Shown one piece after another: positions 37,090 through 48,663 of a stretch of 64,000 nucleotides of DNA. A model generated the notes under the pieces. It saw only the letters and a list, made by a program, of their open reading frames with translations. It was not told where the DNA came from and made no database searches. The position numbers and the translations under genes were made by a program. The first letter of the stretch is position 1; every line of letters begins with the position of its first letter. Source of the DNA: Tubulanus polymorphus (Eukaryota; Animalia; Nemertea); assembly GCF_964204645.1 (NCBI RefSeq), contig NC_134025.1:15723101-15787100 (forward strand). The letters are read 5' to 3'.

Positions 37090-39600
37090 ACGACGTTTTC
37101 GGGGCAAAAAGTGCTTTTCCTGACGATTTGAGCGCTTTTACGCATCGACATTTTCGTTTTTCCGATAGGGGGAATATTTGATACGAAAACGTCTTTTCTC
37201 GCGCTTAACGACGTTTTCGCGTCAAAAAGTGCTTTTCCTGACGATTTGAGCGCTTTTACGCATCGACATTTTCGTTTTTCCGATAGGGGGAATATTTGAT
37301 ACGAAAACGTCTTTTCTCGCGCTGAACGACGTTTTCGGGTGGAAAAGTGCTTTTCCTGACGATTTGAGCCCTTTCACGCATCGACATTTTCGTTTTTCCG
37401 ATAGGGGGAATATTTGATACGAAAACGTCTTTTCTCGCGCTGAACGACGTTTTCGCGTCGAAAAGTGCTTTTCCTGACGATTTGAGCGCTTTTACGCATC
37501 GACATTGTCGTTTTTCCGATAGGGGGAATATTTGATACGAAAACGTCTTTTCTCGCGCTGAACGACGTTTTCGGGTCGAAAAGTGCTTTTCCTGACGATT
37601 TGAGCCCTTTTACGCATTGACATTTTCGTTTTTCCGGTAGGGGGAGTATTTGATACGAAAACGTTTTTTCTCGCGCTGAACGACGTTTTCGGGTCGAAAA
37701 GTGCTTTTCCTGACGATTTGAGCCCTTTTACGCATTGACATTTTCGTTTTTCCGGTAGGGGGAGTATTTGATACGAAAACGTTTTTTCTCGCGCTGAACT
37801 ACGTTTTCGGGTCGAAAAGTGCTTTTCCTGACGATTTGAGCGCTTTTACGCATCGACATTTCTGTTTTTTCGATAGGGGGAATATTTGATACGAAAACGT
37901 CTTTTCTCGCGCTGAACGACGTTTTCGGGGCAAAAAGTGCTTTTCCTGACGATTTGAGCGCTTTTACGCATCGACATTTTCGTTTTTCCGATAGGGGGAA
38001 TATTTGATACGAAAACGTCTTTTCTCGCGCTTAACGACGTTTTCGCGTCAAAAAGTGCTTTTCCTGACGATTTGAGCGCTTTTACGCATCGACATTTTCG
38101 TTTTTCCGATAGGGGGAATATTTGATACGAAAACGTCTTTTCTCGCGCTGAACGACGTTTTCGGGTGGAAAAGTGCTTTTCCTGACGATTTGAGCCCTTT
38201 CACGCATCGACATTTTCGTTTTTCCGATAGGGGGAATATTTGATACGAAAACGTCTTTTCTCGCGCTGAACGACGTTTTCGCGTCGAAAAGTGCTTTTCC
38301 TGACGATTTGAGCGCTTTTACGCATCGACATTGTCGTTTTTCCGATAGGGGGAATATTTGATACGAAAACGTCTTTTCTCGCGCTGAACGACGTTTTCGG
38401 GTCGAAAAGTGCTTTTCCTGACGATTTGAGCCCTTTTACGCATTGACATTTTCGTTTTTCCGGTAGGGGGAGTATTTGATACGAAAACGTTTTTTCTCGC
38501 GCTGAACGACGTTTTCGGGTCGAAAAGTGCTTTTCCTGACGATTTGAGCCCTTTTACGCATTGACATTTTCGTTTTTCCGGTAGGGGGAGTATTTGATAC
38601 GAAAACGTTTTTTCTCGCGCTGAACTACGTTTTCGGGTCGAAAAGTGCTTTTCCTGACTATTTGAGCGCTTTTACGCATCGACATTTCTGTTTTTTCGAT
38701 AGGGGGAATATTTGATACGAAAACGTCTTTTCTCGCGCTGAACGACGTTTTCGGGGCAAAAAGTGCTTTTCCTGACGATTTGAGCGCTTTTACGCATCGA
38801 CATTTTCGTTTTTCCGATAGGGGGAATATTTGATACGAAAACGTCTTTTCTCGCGCTTAACGACGTTTTCGCGTCAAAAAGTGCTTTTCCTGACGATTTG
38901 AGCGCTTTTACGCATCGACATTTTCGTTTTTCCGATAGGGGGAATATTTGATACGAAAACGTCTTTTCTCGCGCTGAACGACGTTTTCGGGTGGAAAAGT
39001 GCTTTTCCTGACGATTTGAGCCCTTTCACGCATCGACATTTTCGTTTTTCCGATAGGGGGAATATTTGATACGAAAACGTCTTTTCTCGCGCTGAACGAC
39101 GTTTTCGCGTCGAAAAGTGCTTTTCCTGACGATTTGAGCGCTTTTACGCATCGACATTGTCGTTTTTCCGATAGGGGGAATATTTGATACGAAAACGTCT
39201 TTTCTCGCGCTGAACGACGTTTTCGGGTCGAAAAGTGCTTTTCCTGACGATTTGAGCCCTTTTACGCATCGACATTTTCGTTTTTCCGGTAGGGGGAGTA
39301 TTTGATACGAAAACGTTTTTTCTCGCGCTGAACGACGTTTTCGGGTCGAAAAGTGCTTTTCCTGACGATTTGAGCCCTTTTACGCATTGACATTTTCGTT
39401 TTTCCGGTAGGGGGAGTATTTGATACGAAAACGTTTTTTCTCGCGCTGAACTACGTTTTCGGGTCGAAAAGTGCTTTTCCTGACGATTTGAGCGCTTTTA
39501 CGCATCGACATTTCTGTTTTTTCGATAGGGGGAATATTTGATACGAAAACGTCTTTTCTCGCGCTGAACGACGTTTTCGGGGCAAAAAGTGCTTTTCCTG
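37090..39600. repeat. 826-bp (7-mer) higher-order repeat, ~3 tandem copies
   Basis: The marker cgcttaacg...gtcaaaaagt occurs at ~37204, ~38030 and ~38856, and gaactacg at ~37796, ~38622 and ~39448. Spacing is 826 = 7 x 118. Confidence 0.9.
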
Positions 39601-39999
39601 ACGATTTGAGCGCTTTTACGCATCGACATTTTCGTTTTTCCGATAGGGGGAATATTTGATACGAAAACGTCTTTTCTCGCGCTGAACGACGTTTTCGGGT
39701 GGAAAAGTGCTTTTCCTGACGATTTGAGCCCTTTCACGCATCGACATTTTCGTTTTTCCGATAGGGGGAATATTTGATACGAAAACGTCTTTTCTCGCGC
39801 TGAACGACGTTTTCGCGTCGAAAAGTGCTTTTCCTGACGATTTGAGCGCTTTTACGCATCGACATTGTCGTTTTTCCGATAGGGGGAATATTTGATACGA
39901 AAACGTCTTTTCTCGCGCTGAACGACGTTTTCGCATCGAAAAGTGCTTTTCCTGACGATTTGAGCGCTTTTACGCATCGACATTTTCGTTTTTCCGATA

Positions 40000-42900
40000 G
40001 GGGGAATATTTGATACGAAAACGTCTTTTCTCGCGCTGAACGACGTTTTCGGGTCGAAAAGTGCTTTTCCTGACGATTTGAGCCCTTTCACGCATCGACA
40101 TATTCTTTTTTTCCGATAGGGGGAATATTTGATACGAAATCGTTTTTTCTCGCGCTGAACGACGTTTTCGGGTCGAAAAGTGCTCTTCCTGACGATTTGA
40201 GCGCTTTTACGCATCGACATTTTCGTTTTTACGATAGGGGGCATATTTGATACGAAAACGTCTTTTTGCGGGCGGAACGACGTTTTCGCGTCGAAAAGTG
40301 CTTTTCCTGACGATTTGAGCGCTTTTACGCATCGACATTGTCGTTTTTCCGATAGGGGGAATATTTGATACGAAAATGTCTTTTCTCGCGCTGAACGACG
40401 TTTTCGCGTCGAGAGTGCTTTTCCTGACGATTTGAGCGCTTTTACGCATTGACATTTTCGTTTTTCCGATAGAGGAATTTGATACGAAAACGTCTTTTCT
40501 CGCGCTGAACGACGTTTTCGGGTCGAAAAGTGCTTTTCCTGACGATTTGAGCCCTTTTACACATTGACATTTTCGTTTTTCCGGTAGGGGGAGTATTTGA
40601 TACGAAAACGTTTTTTTCTCGCGCTGAACGACGTTTTCGCGTCGAAAAGTGCTTTTCCTGACGATTTGAGCGCTTTTACGCATCGACATTTTCGTTTTTC
40701 CGATAGAGGAATTTGATACGAAAACGTCTTTTCTCGCGCTGAACGACGTTTTCGCGTCGAAAAGTGCTTTTCCTGACGATTTGAGCCCTTTTACGCATTG
40801 ATATTTTCGTTTTTCCGGTAGGGGGAGTATTTGATACGAACACGTTTTTTCTCGCGCTGAACGACGTTTTCGGGTCGAAAAGTGCTTTTCCTGACGATTT
40901 GAGCGCTTTTACGCATCGACATTTCTGTTTTTTCGATAGGGGGAATATTTGATACGAAAACGTCTTTTCTCGCGCTGAACGACGTTTTCGGGGCAAAAAG
41001 TGCTTTTCCTGACGATTTGAGCGCTTTTACGCATCGACATTTTCGTTTTTCCGATAGGGGGAATATTTGATACGAAAACGTCTTTTCTCGCGCTTAACGA
41101 CGTTTTCGCGTCAAAAAGTGCTTTTCCTGACGATTTGATCGCTTTTACGCATCGACATTTTCGTTTTTCCGATAGGGGGAATATTTGATACGAAAACGTC
41201 TTTTCTCGCGCTGAACGACGTTTTCGGGTGGAAAAGTGCTTTTCCTGACGATTTGAGCCCTTTCACGCATCGACATTTTCGTTTTTCCGATAGGGGGAAT
41301 ATTTGATACGAAAACGTCTTTTCTCGCGCTGAACGACGTTTTCGGGTCGAAAAGTGCTTTTCCTGACGATTTGAGCCCTTTCACGCATCGACATATTCTT
41401 TTTTTCCGATAGGGGGAATATTTGATACGAAAACGTTTTTTCTCGCGCTGAACGACGTTTTCGGGTTGAAAAGTGCTCTTCCTGACGATTTGAGCGCTTT
41501 TACGCATCGACATTTTCGTTTTTACGATAGGGGGCATATTTGATACGAAAACGTCTTTTTGCGGGCGGAACGACGTTTTCGCGTCGAAAAGTGCTTTTCC
41601 TGACGATTTGAGCGCTTTTACGCATCGACATTGTCGTTTTTCCGATAGGGGGAATATTTGATACGAAAATGTCTTTTCTCGCGCTGAACGACGTTTTCGC
41701 GTCGAGAGTGCTTTTCCTGACGATTTGAGCGCTTTTACGCATTGACATTTTCGTTTTTCCGATAGAGGAATTTGATACGAAAACGTCTTTTCTCGCGCTG
41801 AACGACGTTTTCGGGTCGAAAAGTGCTTTTCCTGACGATTTGAGCCCTTTTACACATTGACATTTTCGTTTTTCCGGTAGGGGGAGTATTTGATACGAAA
41901 ACGTTTTTTTCTCGCGCTGAACGACGTTTTCGCGTCGAAAAGTGCTTTTCCTGACGATTTGAGCGCTTTTACGCATCGACATTTTCGTTTTTCCGATAGA
42001 GGAATTTGATACGAAAACGTCTTTTCTCGCGCTCAACGACGTTTTCGCGTCGAAAAGTGCTTTTCCTGACGATTTGAGCCCTTTTACGCATTGATATTTT
42101 CGTTTTTCCGGTAGGGGGAGTATTTGATACGAAAACGTTTTTTCTCGCGCTGAACGACGTTTTCGGGTCGAAAAGTGCTTTTCCTGACGATTTGAGCGCT
42201 TTTACGCATCGACATTTCTGTTTTTTCGATAGGGGGAATATTTGATACGAAAACGTCTTTTCTCGCGCTGAACGACGTTTTCGGGGCAAAAAGTGCTTTT
42301 CCTGACGATTTGAGCGCTTTTACGCATCGACATTTTCGTTTTTCCGATAGGGGGAATATTTGATACAAAAAACGTCTTTTCTCGCGCTTAACGACGTTTT
42401 CGCGTCAAAAAGTGCTTTTCCTGACGATTTGAGCGCTTTTACGCATCGACATTTTCGATTTTCCGATAGGGGGAATATTTGATACGAAAACGTCTTTTCT
42501 CGCGCTGAACGACGTTTTCGGGTGGAAAAGTGCTTTTCCTGACGATTTGAGCCCTTTCACGCATCGACATTTTCGTTTTTCCGATAGGGGGAATATTTGA
42601 TACGAAAACGTCTTTTCTCGCGCTGAACGACGTTTTCGCGTCGAAAAGTGCTTTTCCTGACGATTTGAGCGCTTTTACGCATCGACATTGTCGTTTTTCC
42701 GATAGGGGGAATATTTGATACGAAAACGTCTTTTCTCGCGCTGAACGACGTTTTCGGGTCGAAAAGTGCTTTTCCTGACGATTTGAGCCCTTTTACGCAT
42801 TGACATTTTCGTTTTTCCGGTAGGGGGAGTATTTGATACGAAAACGTTTTTTCTCGCGCTGAACGACGTTTTCGGGTCGAAAAGTGCTTTTCCTGACGAT

Positions 42901-45900
42901 TTGAGCCCTTTTACGCATTGACATTTTCGTTTTTCCGGTAGGGGGAGTATTTGATACGAAAACGTTTTTTCTCGCGCTGAACTACGTTTTCGGGTCGAAA
43001 AGTGCTTTTCCTGACGATTTGAGCGCTTTTACGCATCGACATTTCTGTTTTTTCGATAGGGGGAATATTTGATACGAAAACGTCTTTTCTCGCGCTGAAC
43101 GACGTTTTCGGGGCAAAAAGTGCTTTTCCTGACGATTTGAGCGCTTTTACGCATCGACATTTTCGTTTTTCCGATAGGGGGAATATTTGATACGAAAACG
43201 TCTTTTCTCGCGCTTAACGACGTTTTCGCGTCAAAAAGTGCTTTTCCTGACGATTTGAGCGCTTTTACGCATCGACATTTTCGTTTTTCCGATAGGGGGA
43301 ATATTTGATACGAAAACGTCTTTTCTCGCGCTGAACGACGTTTTCGGGTCGAAAAGTGCTTTTCCTGACGATTTGAGCCCTTTCACGCATCGACATTGTC
43401 CTTTTTCCGATAGAGGGAATATTTGATACGAAAACGTCTTTTCTCGCGCTGAACGACGTTTTCGCGTCGAAAGTGCTTTTCCTGACGATTTGAGCGCTTT
43501 TACGCATCGACATTGTCGTTTTTCCGATAGGGGGAATATTTGATACGAAAATGTCTTTTCTCGCGCTGAACGACGTTTTCGCGTCGAGAGTGCTTTTCCT
43601 GACGATTTGAGCGCTTTTACGCATTGACATTTTCGTTTTTCCGATAGAGGAATTTGATACGAAAACGTCTTTTCTCGCGCTGAACGACGTTTTCGGGTCG
43701 AAAAGTGCTTTTCCTGACGATTTGAGCCCTTTTACACATTGACATTTTCGTTTTTCCGGTAGGGGGAGTATTTGATACGAAAACGTTTTTTTCTCGCGCT
43801 GAACGACGTTTTCGCGTCGAAAAGTGCTTTTCCTGACGATTTGAGCGCTTTTACGCATCGACATTTTCGTTTTTCCGATAGAGGAATTTGATACGAAAAC
43901 GTCTTTTCTCGCGCTGAACGACGTTTTCGCGTCGAAAAGTGCTTTTCCTGACGATTTGAGCCCTTTTACGCATTGATATTTTCGTTTTTCCGGTAGGGGG
44001 AGTATTTGATACGAACACGTTTTTTCTCGCGCTGAACGACGTTTTCGGGTCGAAAAGTGCTTTTCCTGACGATTTGAGCGCTTTTACGCATCGACATTTC
44101 TGTTTTTTCGATAGGGGGAATATTTGATACGAAAACGTCTTTTCTCGCGCTGAACGACGTTTTCGGGGCAAAAAGTGCTTTTCCTGACGATTTGAGCGCT
44201 TTTACGCATCGACATTTTCGTTTTTCCGATAGGGGGAATATTTGATACGAAAACGTCTTTTCTCGCGCTTAACGACGTTTTCGCGTCAAAAAGTGCTTTT
44301 CCTGACGATTTGAGCGCTTTTACGCATCGACATTTTCGTTTTTCCGATAGGGGGAATATTTGATACGAAAACGTCTTTTCTCGCGCTGAACGACGTTTTC
44401 GGGTGGAAAAGTGCTTTTCCTGACGATTTGAGCCCTTTCACGCATCGACATTTTCGTTTTTCCGATAGGGGGAATATTTGATACGAAAACGTCTTTTCTC
44501 GCGCTGAACGACGTTTTCGGGTCGAAAAGTGCTTTTCCTGACGATTTGAGCCCTTTCACGCATCGACATATTCTTTTTTTCCGATAGGGGGAATATTTGA
44601 TACGAAAACGTTTTTTCTCGCGCTGAACGACGTTTTCGGGTTGAAAAGTGCTCTTCCTGACGATTTGAGCGCTTTTACGCATCGACATTTTCGTTTTTAC
44701 GATAGGGGGCATATTTGATACGAAAACGTCTTTTTGCGGGCGGAACGACGTTTTCGCGTCGAAAAGTGCTTTTCCTGACGATTTGAGCGCTTTTACGCAT
44801 CGACATTGTCGTTTTTCCGATAGGGGGAATATTTGATACGAAAATGTCTTTTCTCGCGCTGAACGACGTTTTCGCGTCGAGAGTGCTTTTCCTGACGATT
44901 TGAGCGCTTTTACGCATTGACATTTTCGTTTTTCCGATAGAGGAATTTGATACGAAAACGTCTTTTCTCGCGCTGAACGACGTTTTCGGGTCGAAAAGTG
45001 CTTTTCCTGACGATTTGAGCCCTTTTACACATTGACATTTTCGTTTTTCCGGTAGGGGGAGTATTTGATACGAAAACGTTTTTTTCTCGCGCTGAACGAC
45101 GTTTTCGCGTCGAAAAGTGCTTTTCCTGACGATTTGAGCGCTTTTACGCATCGACATTTTCGTTTTTCCGATAGAGGAATTTGATACGAAAACGTCTTTT
45201 CTCGCGCTGAACGACGTTTTCGCGTCGAAAAGTGCTTTTCCTGACGATTTGAGCCCTTTTACGCATTGATATTTTCGTTTTTCCGGTAGGGGGAGTATTT
45301 GATACGAACACGTTTTTTCTCGCGCTGAACGACGTTTTCGGGTCGAAAAGTGCTTTTCCTGACGATTTGAGCGCTTTTACGCATCGACATTTCTGTTTTT
45401 TCGATAGGGGGAATATTTGATACGAAAACGTCTTTTCTCGCGCTGAACGACGTTTTCGGGGCAAAAAGTGCTTTTCCTGACGATTTGAGCGCTTTTACGC
45501 ATCGACATTTTCGTTTTTCCGATAGGGGGAATATTTGATACGAAAACGTCTTTTCTCGCGCTTAACGACGTTTTCGCGTCAAAAAGTGCTTTTCCTGACG
45601 ATTTGAGCGCTTTTACGCATCGACATTTTCGTTTTTCCGATAGGGGGAATATTTGATACGAAAACGTCTTTTCTCGCGCTGAACGACGTTTTCGGGTGGA
45701 AAAGTGCTTTTCCTGACGATTTGAGCCCTTTCACGCATCGACATTTTCGTTTTTCCGATAGGGGGAATATTTGATACGAAAACGTCTTTTCTCGCGCTGA
45801 ACGACGTTTTCGGGTCGAAAAGTGCTTTTCCTGACGATTTGAGCCCTTTCACGCATCGACATATTCTTTTTTTCCGATAGGGGGAATATTTGATACGAAA

Positions 45901-47950
45901 ACGTTTTTTCTCGCGCTGAACGACGTTTTCGGGTTGAAAAGTGCTCTTCCTGACGATTTGAGCGCTTTTACGCATCGACATTTTCGTTTTTACGATAGGG
46001 GGCATATTTGATACGAAAACGTCTTTTTGCGGGCGGAACGACGTTTTCGCGTCGAAAAGTGCTTTTCCTGACGATTTGAGCGCTTTTACGCATCGACATT
46101 GTCGTTTTTCCGATAGGGGGAATATTTGATACGAAAATGTCTTTTCTCGCGCTGAACGACGTTTTCGCGTCGAGAGTGCTTTTCCTGACGATTTGAGCGC
46201 TTTTACGCATTGACATTTTCGTTTTTCCGATAGAGGAATTTGATACGAAAACGTCTTTTCTCGCGCTGAACGACGTTTTCGGGTCGAAAAGTGCTTTTCC
46301 TGACGATTTGAGCCCTTTTACACATTGACATTTTCGTTTTTCCGGTAGGGGGAGTATTTGATACGAAAACGTTTTTTTCTCGCGCTGAACGACGTTTTCG
46401 CGTCGAAAAGTGCTTTTCCTGACGATTTGAGCGCTTTTACGCATCGACATTTTCGTTTTTCCGATAGAGGAATTTGATACGAAAACGTCTTTTCTCGCGC
46501 TCAACGACGTTTTCGCGTCGAAAAGTGCTTTTCCTGACGATTTGAGCCCTTTTACGCATTGATATTTTCGTTTTTCCGGTAGGGGGAGTATTTGATACGA
46601 AAACGTTTTTTCTCGCGCTGAACGACGTTTTCGGGTCGAAAAGTGCTTTTCCTGACGATTTGAGCGCTTTTACGCATCGACATTTCTGTTTTTTCGATAG
46701 GGGGAATATTTGATACGAAAACGTCTTTTCTCGCGCTGAACGACGTTTTCGGGGCAAAAAGTGCTTTTCCTGACGATTTGAGCGCTTTTACGCATCGACA
46801 TTTTCGTTTTTCCGATAGGGGGAATATTTGATACAAAAAACGTCTTTTCTCGCGCTTAACGACGTTTTCGCGTCAAAAAGTGCTTTTCCTGACGATTTGA
46901 GCGCTTTTACGCATCGACATTTTCGTTTTTCCGATAGGGGGAATATTTGATACGAAAACGTCTTTTCTCGCGCTGAACGACGTTTTCGGGTGGAAAAGTG
47001 CTTTTCCTGACGATTTGAGCCCTTTCACGCATCGACATTTTCGTTTTTCCGATAGGGGGAATATTTGATACGAAAACGTCTTTTCTCGCGCTGAACGACG
47101 TTTTCGCGTCGAAAAGTGCTTTTCCTGACGATTTGAGCGCTTTTACGCATCGACATTGTCGTTTTTCCGATAGGGGGAATATTTGATACGAAAACGTCTT
47201 TTCTCGCGCTGAACGACGTTTTCGGGTCGAAAAGTGCTTTTCCTGACGATTTGAGCCCTTTTACGCATTGACATTTTCGTTTTTCCGGTAGGGGGAGTAT
47301 TTGATACGAAAACGTTTTTTCTCGCGCTGAACGACGTTTTCGGGTCGAAAAGTGCTTTTCCTGACGATTTGAGCCCTTTTACGCATTGACATTTTCGTTT
47401 TTCCGGTAGGGGGAGTATTTGATACGAAAACGTTTTTTCTCGCGCTGAACTACGTTTTCGGGTCGAAAAGTGCTTTTCCTGACGATTTGAGCGCTTTTAC
47501 GCATCGACATTTCTGTTTTTTCGATAGGGGGAATATTTGATACGAAAACGTCTTTTCTCGCGCTGAACGACGTTTTCGGGGCAAAAAGTGCTTTTCCTGA
47601 CGATTTGAGCGCTTTTACGCATCGACATTTTCGTTTTTCCGATAGGGGGAATATTTGATACGAAAACGTCTTTTCTCGCGCTTAACGACGTTTTCGCGTC
47701 AAAAAGTGCTTTTCCTGACGATTTGAGCGCTTTTACGCATCGACATTTTCGTTTTTCCGATAGGGGGAATATTTGATACGAAAACGTCTTTTCTCGCGCT
47801 GAACGACGTTTTCGGGTCGAAAAGTGCTTTTCCTGACGATTTGAGCCCTTTCACGCATCGACATTGTCCTTTTTCCGATAGAGGGAATATTTGATACGAA
47901 AACGTCTTTTCTCGCGCTGAACGACGTTTTCGCGTCGAAAGTGCTTTTCC
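40000..47950. repeat. Nested higher-order repeats of 1293 bp (11-mer) and 4468 bp (38-mer)
   Basis: The gcgggcggaac marker and matching ORFs end at 40207/41500 and 44675/45968 (offset 1293). Identical ORFs occur at 41969/46437 and 42084/46552 (offset 4468). Confidence 0.88.
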
Positions 47951-48663
47951 TGACGATTTGAGCGCTTTTACGCATCGACATTTTCGTTTTTCCGATAGAG
48001 GAATTTGATACGAAAACGTCTTTTCTCGCGCTGAACGACGTTTTCGGGTCGAAAAGTGCTTTTCCTGACGATTTGAGCGCTTTTACGCATCGACATTGTC
48101 GTTTTTCCGATAGGGGGAATATTTGATACGAAAACGTCTATTCCCGCGCTGAACGACGTTTTCGGGTCGAAAAGTGCTTTTCCTGACGATTTGAGCGCTT
48201 TTACGCATCGACATTTTGGTTTTTTCGATAGGGGGAATATTTGATACGAAAACGTCTTTTCTCGCGCTGAACGACGTTTTCGCGTCGAAAAGTGCTTTTC
48301 CTGACGATTTGAGCGCTTTTACGCATCGACATTGTCGTTTTTGCGATAGAGGAATTTGATACGAAAACGTCTTTTCTCGCGCTGAACGACGTTTTCGGGT
48401 CGAAAAGTGCTTTTCCTGACGATTTGAGCCCTTTTACGCATTGACATTTTCGTTTTTCCGGTAGGGGGAGTATTTGATACGAAAACGTTTTTTCTCGCGC
48501 TGAACTACGTTTTCGGGTCGAAAAGTGCTTTTCCTGACGATTTGAGCGCTTTTACGCATCGACATTTCTGTTTTTTCGATAGGGGGAATATTTGATACAA
48601 AAACGTCTTTTCTCGCGCTGAACGACGTTTTCGGGGCAAAAAGTGCTTTTCCTGACGATTTGA

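Larger units (their letters stand above)
35461..48663. repeat. 118-bp satellite, subfamily A, block A2 (~112 monomers)
   Basis: A-type consensus with variants not seen in A1: GGGGGAGTATTT, GATAGAGGAATTTG (3-bp deletion), TTTGCGGGCGGAAC, GGGGGCATAT, CATTTCTGTT, GTCGAGAGTG. Confidence 0.97.
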
